From: a virus
Taxonomy: Duplodnaviria; Caudoviricetes
IMG/VR virus record: IMGVR_UViG_3300042465_002503
Coordinates: 1-42,652 of that record
Reading direction: 5' to 3' (one strand)
Length of the DNA: 42,652 nt
The notes beneath the pieces are model-generated. The model saw only the letters and a list, made by a program, of their open reading frames with translations. It was not told the DNA's origin and did no database searches. The number at the start of each line of letters is the position of its first letter. Position 1 is the first letter of the stretch. This document shows positions 1-8,278 of this stretch, one piece after another. A program made the position numbers and the translations under genes.

Positions 1-1130
1 CGGACTTTGTGGCGCTGGGTCTATTGGCGTTGGTGCTATTGGGGCTTCGATTGGTGGTTCCTCGGCAGGAACTTCCTCCGCAGGTGGCTCGATTGGTTCG
101 GGCGCTGGAGGTTCTAATGGTTCTTCTGTTGGTGGCAATGGTTCTATTGGTTCGAGGTCAGTAGGTGGTAGTGGTTCGGGTATGGGATTTGGCGGGTCAA
201 TTTCCGCTGGGGGTTCAATCGGTTCAGGGGCAGGTTCTTCAACGGGCGGAGCAATTGGCTCAGGCTCGGGGAGCGGTACAGGTTCAGGGGCAGGTTCGAT
301 TGGCTCTACGGGATTTGGACTTGGCTCAGGTTGAGGAATCGGATTCGGCATGGGTTCAGGTTCAGGAACAGGGATGGGCTGAGGGACAGGCACGGGAGTC
401 GGCTCTACCGCGGGGGTATCGGCTGGATTCGGAAGAGGGATTGGTACGGGACTTGGTTCAGGTGACGGAATTGGAGTTGGGGTAGGTGATGGCTCTTGGG
501 TTGGCTGTGGCGTTGGCTGTGTTGGCGCTGTTGTACTGGTATCAGGTGAAGGAGTAGGTGATGGTACAGGTGTTGTGGTTTCTGTCGGGGTTGGGCTTGG
601 GCTTGGCGTTGGATTGGGTGTTGGTGAGGGTGATGCTTCGCTCGGTGAAGGCACGGGTGTCGGCGTTGGAGAAGGTTCAGGAGAAGGAGTAGGAGATGGC
701 GATGGTGTGGGTTCAGGTGTGGACGGCGCAGGTGTTGGGGTCGGTTCAGGTTGAGCAGTCGGAGTTACAGAAGGTTGCGGGCTTGGAGTCGGTGAAGCCG
801 ATGGTTCCGATGTTGGTTGAGGTGAAGGACTCGGTTGAGGTTGAGGCGTTGAGGTCGGCGTTGGTGTGGGAGAAGGTGAAGGTTCAGCAGTTGGAGTCGG
901 TGTTGCACTCGCAGACGGTGACGGCGACGGAGAAGGTTCCGATGTCGGAGACGGAGAAGGAGTTGGCTCGGCAGAAGGGCTGGGGCTGGGTGTTGGGGAA
1001 GGAGTAGGAGATGAAGAAGGTGTTGGTGTTTCTGTTGGTGTTGGCGATGGGGTCGGTTGGGGCGTTGCTGTTTCTGAAGGAGATGGTGAAGGCGTTGGAG
1101 TCGGAGATGGACTTGGAGCAGGAGTAGGCG
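1..1130 (-). repeat. Low-complexity degenerate tandem repeats coding (P-S/T-P)n, PEP and PIEP units
   Basis: G/T-rich plus-strand periodicity (ggt/gga/ggc every 6 nt) that corresponds to Pro codons on the minus strand. Confidence 0.85.
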
Positions 1131-1389
1131 CGACGCCGTTGTAATACTGTAAAGATTCAGAGGCGGTTGTACTTACATAAGTAGATTGATGAGTCAAGAC
1201 GCAATAGTGAGCAGCGATGTTTCCTTTATCCGCAAAGTATGAATTTGCGTTATTCCACCCCGTATTAAATGTTCCATTTGAACAGGTTACTTGAACTGTT
1301 CCAGTTTGCTCTGCCGACGCTGAATCCACGGGCAGAAGCGTCCACCAAAATACCAGCGAGCAGATGGCAAGGATGCGGAAAAGGCGCAA
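1..1389 (-). CDS. Secreted/surface Pro-Ser-Thr-Glu-rich protein (3' end runs off the window)
   Basis: My translation from TTG at 1389 reads [26 protein letters not shown]|[10 protein letters not shown]..., i.e. a signal peptide with an AxA site, a small domain with two Cys, then hundreds of residues of PSPTP/EPSP/PIEP repeats. The frame is still consistent at base 1 (…[20 protein letters not shown]). Absent from the ORF track because it has no stop in the window. Confidence 0.85.
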   Translation of the reverse strand, partial: MRLFRILAICSLVFWWTLLPVDSASAEQTGTVQVTCSNGTFNTGWNNANSYFADKGNIAAHYCVLTHQSTYVSTTASESLQYYNGVAPTPAPSPSPTPTPSPSPSETATPQPTPSPTPTETPTPSSSPTPSPTPSPSPSAEPTPSPSPTSEPSPSPSPSASATPTPTAEPSPSPTPTPTSTPQPQPSPSPQPTSEPSASPTPSPQPSVTPTAQPEPTPTPAPSTPEPTPSPSPTPSPEPSPTPTPVPSPSEASPSPTPNPTPSPSPTPTETTTPVPSPTPSPDTSTTAPTQPTPQPTQEPSPTPTPIPSPEPSPVPIPLPNPADTPAVEPTPVPVPQPIPVPEPEPMPNPIPQPEPSPNPVEPIEPAPEPVPLPEPEPIAPPVEEPAPEPIEPPAEIDPPNPIPEPLPPTDLEPIEPLPPTEEPLEPPAPEPIEPPAEEVPAEEPPIEAPIAPTPIDPAPQSP

Positions 1390-1435
1390 TTTAGACCCTT
1401 CGAAGGAGGGTCACTAAGGACACGACAGGCTCTTA

Positions 1436-1465
1436 TTGTACCAATTGGCTAAATCATGCTAAACT
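1436..1465 (+). promoter_or_regulatory. Candidate sigma70-type promoter for the 1491 operon
   Basis: TTGTAC-N18-TAAACT with TG-n extended -10; overlaps ACTGGGGTT (reverse complement of the AACCCCAGT motif). Confidence 0.45.
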
Positions 1466-1490
1466 GGGGTTGTAAATGAGAGGAGACCCA

Positions 1491-2342
1491 ATGAGCGTGA
1501 CCAAAGATTTCGCAGTCAAGATTGATACTGAGTTATCTTCTTGGTACAACAAGCGTTGGGATTTATCCAGCAAGTTAGATAGTGCTGAAGATACAAAGAA
1601 GTTTTACGAGAAGCATTATCCAACTAGAGTCGAAGAGATTGAAAAAGCAGCAGAAAAGATTGCTGGCATCGAATCAGAAATCAGCAAGGTCAATGTCGAG
1701 ATTACAAAGTTGAACAAGATTTACAACCAAGACCCATGGACAAGAGCGTTCTTAGTTCTTGCCAGCAATGGTCATGTTCACAGTTCAATGGATTGCAACA
1801 CATGTTTCCCAACTACTCGTTACAACTGGCTAGTCCAGTACAGCAACGACGATGAGAAAACTATTGTTGAGGATGCTGGTCAGGACGCTTGCACAATCTG
1901 CTACCCATCTGCCCCAGCCGAGGTTTTGAATCGTCCATCACGAATCGTGACAGCGGACAAAGTTGCTAAGGCTCAAGCAAAGGCAGAGCGCGATGCAAAA
2001 AAGGTTGCACGAATCGCCAAGGAAAAGGCAAACGCTCCAACAGCATCAGGTGAGTTCTTGATTTACAAAGAGGGCAAGTACACCCGAGTTATCAAGACAG
2101 AGCGCACAGCAATTATCGAGTGGGCTGGATTGCAATGGACAATCAATAAAGAGATTGTTACCCATTACTTTGATGGACAACCACACAACAAAGAATCAAT
2201 TAGGGTTCAAAAAGAAAAAATCGCCGAGGCTCAAGAAATTGCTGACCTGATTGTAAGAAATCTTGCAGAGAAGAACGGCGTTTCATTTGACCAACAGTTG
2301 AAAATACTGAATAATAAGTATCAGAAGAGGAGGAACCAATGA
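1491..2342 (+). CDS. Phage hypothetical protein, coiled coil plus His/Cys metal-binding motif
   Basis: ORF 1476..2342; AGGAG RBS favours ATG 1491; motifs GHVH-x3-DCNTC and CTICYPSAP. Confidence 0.8.
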   Translation: MSVTKDFAVKIDTELSSWYNKRWDLSSKLDSAEDTKKFYEKHYPTRVEEIEKAAEKIAGIESEISKVNVEITKLNKIYNQDPWTRAFLVLASNGHVHSSMDCNTCFPTTRYNWLVQYSNDDEKTIVEDAGQDACTICYPSAPAEVLNRPSRIVTADKVAKAQAKAERDAKKVARIAKEKANAPTASGEFLIYKEGKYTRVIKTERTAIIEWAGLQWTINKEIVTHYFDGQPHNKESIRVQKEKIAEAQEIADLIVRNLAEKNGVSFDQQLKILNNKYQKRRNQ

Positions 2343-3004
2343 GCCAATCAATCCCTAACCTAGATGCAGTCTTGGAATATGCAAAAGTAATGGCTTCAAA
2401 TGAGGAGTTGCACCCTGACTTACAACCTTATCTCGAAGAGGGAGCCATAGGTCCCCAGTTGCGCCATCCTCTTGTTTATTTAGTGCCGTTATGGGGCAAT
2501 GGTCATGCCAATGCTTTATACGAACAAAAAGTCAAAGCGGTCAAAGATGCTTTAGCAAATCAAAAATACTCCAGTTATATTTTCTTGCATGAGCGTCCAT
2601 ATCGCCTTAATGCTTTTACTTTGATTCAAAGCAAGTTGTCCGATACCCAGTATTGGTCTTTGCTATCTGATATATGGACAGATACAGAAAACCAATGGCA
2701 AGGTCTCGATAATTGGAAGCAGTTGCTTTCATCAAAGCGCCCAAGCCGTCATTACTTAATGAATGAAGAAGAATTCAATCTTCTGCAATCTTTACCCGAG
2801 AATGTGGTCATCTATCGTGGATGCCAGCCAAAGGTAAATGAAAATGGTTTGTCTTGGACTTTGAATAAAAAGAAAGCAGAGTTCTTTGCTAATCGATTTG
2901 GCAAAAAGGGAATCATCTTGGAGAGGACGATTTCCAAGAATGACATCGTGGCAGTTCTTTTAGGTCGCGGTGAATCCGAGGTTATATGGGAGGAAAAGAA
3001 ATGA
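2339..3004 (+). CDS. Hypothetical protein with C-terminal ADP-ribosyltransferase-like fold
   Basis: IYRG...GLSWT...A..FA...ESEVI matches R-S-E ART core spacing; ATGA overlap with the upstream gene. Confidence 0.65.
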   Translation: MSQSIPNLDAVLEYAKVMASNEELHPDLQPYLEEGAIGPQLRHPLVYLVPLWGNGHANALYEQKVKAVKDALANQKYSSYIFLHERPYRLNAFTLIQSKLSDTQYWSLLSDIWTDTENQWQGLDNWKQLLSSKRPSRHYLMNEEEFNLLQSLPENVVIYRGCQPKVNENGLSWTLNKKKAEFFANRFGKKGIILERTISKNDIVAVLLGRGESEVIWEEKK

Positions 3005-3135
3005 AGTGTTACATGTGCGGTGGTCAGTACAGAATCACCATCATCAAGGGCAAGCCTTATTGCTACAGGTGTGAAGCAGATTTCGCGCTTGAGGAATACG
3101 GATTAGTTCGACCAATCAAAAAGGAGGCATCATGA
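3001..3135 (+). CDS. Small zinc-finger protein (44 aa)
   Basis: MKCYMCGGQYRITIIKGKPYCYRCEAD...; two CxxC pairs, GGAGG RBS, ATGA overlaps at both ends. Confidence 0.75.
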   Translation: MKCYMCGGQYRITIIKGKPYCYRCEADFALEEYGLVRPIKKEAS

Positions 3136-3281
3136 TAGAGAATCGACTAGCCAAAAAGGGAATTTACCTAAGCGCCAAAGGTCGTCGCTGGGCAGATAAT
3201 TTTGAGGGCGCTGTGGTAGCGCTGGCAATTGTGGCTGTATTCGGCATTGTGGGGTCAATAGAGACAGGACGGTGGTTCTAG
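3132..3281 (+). CDS. Small membrane protein (49 aa)
   Basis: MIENRLAKKG...GAVVALAIVAVFGIVGSIETGRWF; AAGGAGG RBS; one hydrophobic helix. Confidence 0.7.
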   Translation: MIENRLAKKGIYLSAKGRRWADNFEGAVVALAIVAVFGIVGSIETGRWF

Positions 3282-3433
3282 TGTTAATTCCATCATGGGC
3301 AAAGTTCAAACAGCCCCAAAAGGTCTCTGAAGCCTCCCTCGCCCGCATACGCGCCCGCGAGCGCGAGCGCCGTCTATCCGAGGAAGCCGACAAACGACAC
3401 GCTCAACAGGGTTTGATTATTAAACCCCAGTAG
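3281..3433 (+). CDS. Small basic hypothetical protein (50 aa)
   Basis: GTG overlaps the previous stop; MLIPSWAKFKQPQKVSEASLARIRARERERR... Confidence 0.45.
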   Translation: MLIPSWAKFKQPQKVSEASLARIRARERERRLSEEADKRHAQQGLIIKPQ

Positions 3434-3441
3434 TGTATACT
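3413..3441 (+). promoter_or_regulatory. Sigma70-type promoter with AACCCCAGT in the spacer
   Basis: TTGATT-N17-TATACT upstream of the RBS and ATG at 3471. Confidence 0.65.
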
Positions 3442-3470
3442 GATTGTACAAGGTCAAGAGAGGACTGAAA

Positions 3471-3641
3471 ATGGCTAAATTCGCCGTCAAATATGAAATC
3501 GAAGTTATCGTCGAAGCGCCTATTGCAAATTGGGCGTCTCAAAAAGTAACCGCACAATTCAATAAGTTCGATTACAGCAATTTTGATTCTGTAACTTCTT
3601 TCAAAAAAATCTCAACAACTGAAGTCAAGGAGGAAATCTAA
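3471..3641 (+). CDS. Hypothetical protein
   Basis: ORF 3444..3641; GAGAGGA RBS favours ATG 3471. Confidence 0.65.
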   Translation: MAKFAVKYEIEVIVEAPIANWASQKVTAQFNKFDYSNFDSVTSFKKISTTEVKEEI

Positions 3642-4085
3642 ATGACTAGAACTGATTATCTAAACGAAGGCGGTTCATTAGTTGTTCAGCCTGAAACAAA
3701 GAAGGCTCTAACAAAGACTCAATGCAAGAAGATTTATGCCGAGGCATACGAGGCTGGTCTTTTGGCTGGCAAAGATGCTGACACTCCAAAGTTTGTAGTT
3801 GGAGATGCAATCGGTCTTAGCGATAAGATTGATTATTCCAAGAAAACTTACATCCTTGACGGTCTTTGCGGATTTGCTTGGGTAACAATTTCTCCAGCGC
3901 GAGGTGCGTTTGTGAATTGGCTCAAGACTCAGGGAATCGGTAGTAAGGGTTATTACGGTGGCTACGAGATTTGGGTTCGAGAGTTCGGACAAAGCGTAGA
4001 CCGTAAGAGCGCGTTTGCTGGAGCGTTTGCTCAGGTGCTTGAAAAGCACGGAATCAGCGCTTACACAGGAAGTCGGCTCGACTAA
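3642..4085 (+). CDS. Conserved phage hypothetical protein
   Basis: GGAGG RBS; CGFAWV...QSVDRK..FA.AFA.VL...GI...SRLD pattern typical of a widespread phage family of unknown function. Confidence 0.8.
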   Translation: MTRTDYLNEGGSLVVQPETKKALTKTQCKKIYAEAYEAGLLAGKDADTPKFVVGDAIGLSDKIDYSKKTYILDGLCGFAWVTISPARGAFVNWLKTQGIGSKGYYGGYEIWVREFGQSVDRKSAFAGAFAQVLEKHGISAYTGSRLD

Positions 4086-4189
4086 AACTAAATAGAGATT
4101 TGATGGTCAGGCGCAGGTAAGAGTGCTAAAGGCTCGGAGGGTTGCGCGGATACAAACCCCCGATACTAATAGTCACACCGCCATCAAAG

Positions 4190-4236
4190 ATTCACCCACC
4201 AGTTTCGTTCTGTACTACTGGTGGGTGAATTATTAT
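4190..4236 (+). terminator. Perfect 14-bp hairpin, probable intrinsic terminator
   Basis: ATTCACCCACCAGT (4190-4203) pairs with ACTGGTGGGTGAAT (4217-4230), followed by TATTAT. Confidence 0.6.
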
Positions 4237-4257
4237 GCAATGGGGTACCATTCCTAT

Positions 4258-4345
4258 CGGGTACCCATAGTTCGGTGGCGTTGATGCTTTGTTGCGCGTC
4301 CGTCCTCTCTCTAGCGTGACTTATCTGCTCCGCCACCGAACGCCC
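4258..4345 (+). ncRNA. Candidate small structured RNA
   Basis: 11-bp stem 4270-4280/4331-4341 with an inner stem and a C/U-rich loop (GTCCTCTCTCT); possible -10 TACCAT at 4246-4251. Confidence 0.35.
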
Positions 4346-4508
4346 AACTCCAGTTAAAAATATCCTTGACAATTATTCATCTGCATCTGATACCTTTAAT
4401 GCAGGTTCGCAAACACCTACTCGCCAAAGTGAGGTCAGTCCAATACTGACGACATAGAAGCGCTACAACCAGTAGCGAATAAATGTTCACCCCTAACCAT
4501 GGAGGATT

Positions 4509-4961
4509 ATGCGATTCTATGAAAAAGTTATTTCTAAACCTATTCCAGTAGCAATTCTCGTATTGGGATTCATCCTTGTAAATCCTTTCCACATTCCGCC
4601 TGACCCAGTTGCTCAAGCGGTTGAAGTGGAAGCGCCCGTGTTAGTCGAGCGCACACCTGAAGCATCCAAGGTCTATGCCAAAACTCAATTGTCTAAATTC
4701 GGTTGGGACACTCCTACTCAATGGGAATGTTTGCTATTGCTGTGGACAAAGGAATCAAATTGGCGCCCCGATGCTTACAACAAAACACCCGTCCGTCAGA
4801 ATGGCGAAAAACTCCATGCTGGAGGGATTCCTCAGATTCTCGGACTTGACCCTGACACTACAGTTGAACGACAAATTGAACGAGGATTGATTTATCTCGA
4901 ATCTCGTTACGGCTCACCCTGTACGGCGTGGCGCTTTTGGAGTTCAAACTTTTGGTACTAG
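4509..4961 (+). CDS. Lytic transglycosylase (SLT/Rpf-like) with N-terminal membrane anchor
   Basis: GGAGG RBS; hydrophobic N-terminus; WECL..LW.KES.W...A.N...A.GIPQ...QI..GL.Y...RYGSPC.AW...WY signature with the catalytic ES. Confidence 0.85.
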   Translation: MRFYEKVISKPIPVAILVLGFILVNPFHIPPDPVAQAVEVEAPVLVERTPEASKVYAKTQLSKFGWDTPTQWECLLLLWTKESNWRPDAYNKTPVRQNGEKLHAGGIPQILGLDPDTTVERQIERGLIYLESRYGSPCTAWRFWSSNFWY

Positions 4962-4970
4962 CCTCGCCAC

Positions 4971-5231
4971 ATGAGCGAGGAAAATAAGAAACCTTCATTG
5001 ATTGACGATGCGCTCGCTGAAATCGGGCGCATCGCCTTTCTTGACCCTTCAATCTGTACGGGCTGGGTTTTAGTATCAGAATGGATGGGCGAAGGAGAAA
5101 AAGAGTATTGGACACTCACACTCGCCGATGATGATAACCCTGACTGGAGACATAAAGGATTAGTTCATCACGCTTTAGCAACATGGGAGGCGAACGATGA
5201 CATCGGATTCAAAGATGACCCAAAAGATTGA
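4971..5231 (+). CDS. Hypothetical protein
   Basis: 86-aa ORF; probable leaderless start 6 nt after TAGCCT. Confidence 0.7.
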   Translation: MSEENKKPSLIDDALAEIGRIAFLDPSICTGWVLVSEWMGEGEKEYWTLTLADDDNPDWRHKGLVHHALATWEANDDIGFKDDPKD

Positions 5232-5325
5232 GCAAGAACGGATAGCCCTTCTCAAAGAATTGCTTGAAGAGCGTTATGGAATTCCAACACGCGAGAGCGC
5301 TGAATCCACCGAATCTAATAAGTAA
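5215..5325 (+). CDS. Small hypothetical protein (36 aa)
   Basis: MTQKIEQERIALLKELLEERYG...; fills the gap between neighbouring genes. Confidence 0.4.
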   Translation: MTQKIEQERIALLKELLEERYGIPTRESAESTESNK

Positions 5326-5342
5326 TCTGTCACAATTACAAC

Positions 5343-5687
5343 ATGGGTTTAAGTTCTTTTGTTGATGAGGCTCCGTGCCGTAACTCTGACCCATGGCTTT
5401 TTGACCAACATCAAATTGATTTAGCAATGCCCGCTTTACAAATTTGCAAAGGCTGTCCTTTTTGGCAAAACTGTAACGATTTAGTTGAGCCTAAGAGTAA
5501 TTCTTTTGATGGAGTTTGTGCTGGCAAGGTATGGCGGAATGGTCGAGTTTTGGCTAAGTTAGATTCTGCTTTCCCAAACCGTTTGATAGTTGGAGAGGAA
5601 TTAGATGATGAAACCATGGCAGTTCGAGGGAGCGAGTTGCACGGGGGTGGAGACGGATTTCTACTTCCCCGAACAGAACAAAATTAG
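5343..5687 (+). CDS. whiB: WhiB-family Fe-S transcription regulator (divergent)
   Basis: C-x3-DPWLF...ICKGCP-x4-C...GVCAG (variant of the G[IV]WGG turn). Confidence 0.75.
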   Translation: MGLSSFVDEAPCRNSDPWLFDQHQIDLAMPALQICKGCPFWQNCNDLVEPKSNSFDGVCAGKVWRNGRVLAKLDSAFPNRLIVGEELDDETMAVRGSELHGGGDGFLLPRTEQN

Positions 5688-5874
5688 CCATGAGAATATA
5701 TTGGCAAAAAAGATTTGTAGCACTTGTGTATGGAAATCAGAATGTCTGACCTATGCGCTACATTTCAAAGTAATGGGTATTTGGGGTGGAACAACCTTAA
5801 AACAGAGAGATGGAATAAGAAAAAAACTAAACATAATAGCCAAACCAATGACGAATGAAAGGCACAAAAGATGA
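5605..5874 (+). CDS. whiB: WhiB-family Fe-S transcription regulator
   Basis: W....A.C.....D.YFP...AKKICSTC-x5-CL.YAL...GIWGG canonical motif. Confidence 0.92.
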   Translation: MMKPWQFEGASCTGVETDFYFPEQNKISHENILAKKICSTCVWKSECLTYALHFKVMGIWGGTTLKQRDGIRKKLNIIAKPMTNERHKR

Positions 5875-6314
5875 GCGCACCAATTACAATCACAGGAAAT
5901 CTAGTTGCTGACCCTGAATTAAAATTTACACAAAACGCAAAAGCGTTAGCAACATTTACAGTAGTTTCATCAAAGTCAGTCAAGAAGCCTGACGGCACTT
6001 GGGAAAATACCGACACAACTTTTTGGGACATCAAGGCATGGGGCAAGACAGCCGAGAATGTTGCAGATGCACTTCGTAAGGGAGTTGCCGTTATCGTCTC
6101 AGGGACAGCAGTTCAAGAATCTTGGGAAGATAAAAACACAGGGGCAAAGCGTTCCAAGATTACGGTCACAGCATGGAGCGTTGGAGCAGACCTCAAGCGT
6201 CATACCTATCATGTGCCAGTAAGCGAGCGCTCAGATTCATCATTTAATCCACCAAACCCAGTATCAGAGTTCGACCCATGGAGTGTGCCTATTTCAGATG
6301 TCGCACCTTTCTAA
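5871..6314 (+). CDS. ssb: Single-stranded DNA-binding protein
   Basis: ITGNLVADPELKFT...W...AENVA..L.KG..V.V.G; acidic C-terminus ending in PF. Confidence 0.95.
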   Translation: MSAPITITGNLVADPELKFTQNAKALATFTVVSSKSVKKPDGTWENTDTTFWDIKAWGKTAENVADALRKGVAVIVSGTAVQESWEDKNTGAKRSKITVTAWSVGADLKRHTYHVPVSERSDSSFNPPNPVSEFDPWSVPISDVAPF

Positions 6315-6361
6315 CCCATGTTGTATGATAGGGGTTGAAAATACTCTGAAGGGGGTAGGAA

Positions 6362-6661
6362 ATGGCGTGGACTGATTATTTCGTATCCAACATAGTTGGG
6401 TCGAAGGTAGTTGTATCTGCACTAGGTAAGCCGTATGTTTCTCATGAGATTGCTCTTCGCGAGTATGTCGAAATTGAAATGACTGAGCATCCTTATGAAC
6501 TTCCGTTCAAAATTGTTTTCCGTTCATTCGACGCAGTTGGCGGAGAGTTAGAAAACAGGATTTACGGTTTTGCAGGTACAAAAGACATGGCTCGTAAACT
6601 TGCCATCGAAGTTACTAACTTGCGTTTGAATTCTCGCGAGTTTGTCTTTGACGGAGAATAA
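6362..6661 (+). CDS. Hypothetical protein
   Basis: 99-aa ORF with an upstream purine-rich RBS. Confidence 0.7.
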   Translation: MAWTDYFVSNIVGSKVVVSALGKPYVSHEIALREYVEIEMTEHPYELPFKIVFRSFDAVGGELENRIYGFAGTKDMARKLAIEVTNLRLNSREFVFDGE

Positions 6662-6693
6662 AGGCTAAATTCGTGTAGCGCTATAATCGACGG

Positions 6694-6846
6694 GTGTATG
6701 ACGACTTTATCCCTGATGATGGCGTTATTTCCGTTCTGAGCAGTTTTGCTATTCAGTCCCATGAGTTGTTCATGGAATTGAAAAACGCAGGATTTGACGA
6801 AGAGCAAGCACTTAAAATTGTCGTCGGATTAGCGCACAAAGAGTAG
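6694..6846 (+). CDS. Small conserved actinophage-type protein (50 aa)
   Basis: GTG 6 nt after TATAAT (leaderless); ...HELFMELKNAGFDEEQALKIV... motif. Confidence 0.7.
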   Translation: MYDDFIPDDGVISVLSSFAIQSHELFMELKNAGFDEEQALKIVVGLAHKE

Positions 6847-6860
6847 GCGAGAGGCAACAC

Positions 6861-8276
6861 ATGGCAGAAAGACCTGACCTACAGGAGTTTGGCTCAACTG
6901 GTTTACGCCGTTCAGGTGGAACAGTTTATGAAGAATTTCTCGTCAATCTTAGAGGCATCCGCGGTGCAAAGACATATCGCGAGATGGCAGATAACGACCC
7001 AACAATCGGGTCAATGCTTTACGCAATCGAAAAAGTTATTACTCGTCTTGAATGGCGTGTAGACCCTTTTAGCGATGATTCAGCAGATGGCGATGTAAAG
7101 CCTGAAGATAAAGAAGCAGCGGTATTTATTGAATCGTGTCTGCATGACATGTCGGATTCATGGGATTCAACCCTCTCACAAATTCTTTCAATGCTTGTAT
7201 TTGGATTCTCTTATCACGAAATTGTTTACAAAGTCCGCAAAGGCGATGGCAATGACCCAAAGAAGCGTTCAAAGCACAATGACGGAAAAATCGGTTGGCG
7301 TAAATTACCTATCCGCGCACAAGAAACATTATTCCGTTGGGAAATTGATGCAGATGGTGGAATTCAAGCCATGGTGCAAGTGGACCCATCAACAGGTGGA
7401 ATACATACAATTCCAATTGATAAATCTTTACTTTTCCGTACAGTAACAACAAAGAATAATCCTGAAGGTCGCTCAATTCTTCGTAATGCTTACCGCGCTT
7501 GGTTTTTCAAGCGTCGCATAGAAGAAATTGAAGCAATCGGTATCGAGCGCGACTTAGCAGGTTTGCCAGTTGCCTATTTACCACCTGAATATCTTTCTTC
7601 ATCTGCATCAGTCGAGCAACAGCAAGTATTAGCATCAATCCAAAGTATTGTTACATCTATCAAGCGCAATGAGCAAGAAGGCATTGTGATGCCAGCGATG
7701 TACGACGATGCTGGACATAAGATGTTTGACTTGCAGTTGCTTTCATCAGGTGGTTCTCGTCAGTTCGATACAGACAAGATTATCAATCGCTATGACCAGC
7801 GCATAGCAATGTCAATCCTTTCAGACTTTATTCTTCTCGGTTCGGACAGAGTTGGCTCTTACGCCCTTGGCTCATCCAAGATGGATTTATGGTCAATGTC
7901 AGTTGATGCAATTGCTAAAAACATTGCAGAGGTAATGAATCAGTACGCCATTCCTCGCTTGATGAAGTTGAACGGAATGGACATCTCTCGCGCTCCGTAC
8001 CTAACATACGGTGAAGTAAGCCATGTTGATTTGACTGAAATCTCAGACTTTGTAACTAAGTTGGCTCAGGCTGGCGTTCTTATGCCTGACCCTAAGTTGG
8101 AAGATTATCTTCGCGAGTTGGCAGGTCTACCTCCAGCAGAACACGATGGAGCAAACTTCGGTATGCCTCCTATGCCTGAAGGGGCAGATACGGCTGGATT
8201 CGACGAACCTCCATCATTGGAAGAAGAGTTAGAGATTCCTGAAGGAGCAGAACCGCTAGACGGCGATGTGGATTAA
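6861..8276 (+). CDS. Portal protein (DUF935 / Mu gp29-like)
   Basis: 471 aa; FGFS.HEIVY, NPEGRSILR.AY..W.FK, IGIERDLAGLP, GSYALG, N...IPRL..LN motifs; first gene of the head module. Confidence 0.92.
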   Translation: MAERPDLQEFGSTGLRRSGGTVYEEFLVNLRGIRGAKTYREMADNDPTIGSMLYAIEKVITRLEWRVDPFSDDSADGDVKPEDKEAAVFIESCLHDMSDSWDSTLSQILSMLVFGFSYHEIVYKVRKGDGNDPKKRSKHNDGKIGWRKLPIRAQETLFRWEIDADGGIQAMVQVDPSTGGIHTIPIDKSLLFRTVTTKNNPEGRSILRNAYRAWFFKRRIEEIEAIGIERDLAGLPVAYLPPEYLSSSASVEQQQVLASIQSIVTSIKRNEQEGIVMPAMYDDAGHKMFDLQLLSSGGSRQFDTDKIINRYDQRIAMSILSDFILLGSDRVGSYALGSSKMDLWSMSVDAIAKNIAEVMNQYAIPRLMKLNGMDISRAPYLTYGEVSHVDLTEISDFVTKLAQAGVLMPDPKLEDYLRELAGLPPAEHDGANFGMPPMPEGADTAGFDEPPSLEEELEIPEGAEPLDGDVD

Positions 8277-8278
8277 AC

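Noticed and set aside
165-1144. Plus-strand ORFs 165..485, 696..1007 and 866..1144
   Set aside because: Antisense shadows of the Pro-rich minus-strand gene; their Val/Gly repeats mirror its codons.
3130-3393. Minus-strand 87-aa ORF
   Set aside because: Two coupled plus-strand small ORFs, the first with a strong RBS, explain the region better.
4105-4183. Possible tRNA (GG...ACCGCCA ending)
   Set aside because: No recognisable D-loop, TTC T-loop or 7-bp acceptor stem.
4184-4616. Minus-strand ORFs 4184..4372 and 4377..4616
   Set aside because: No RBS or protein-like features; they overlap hairpins and the transglycosylase.
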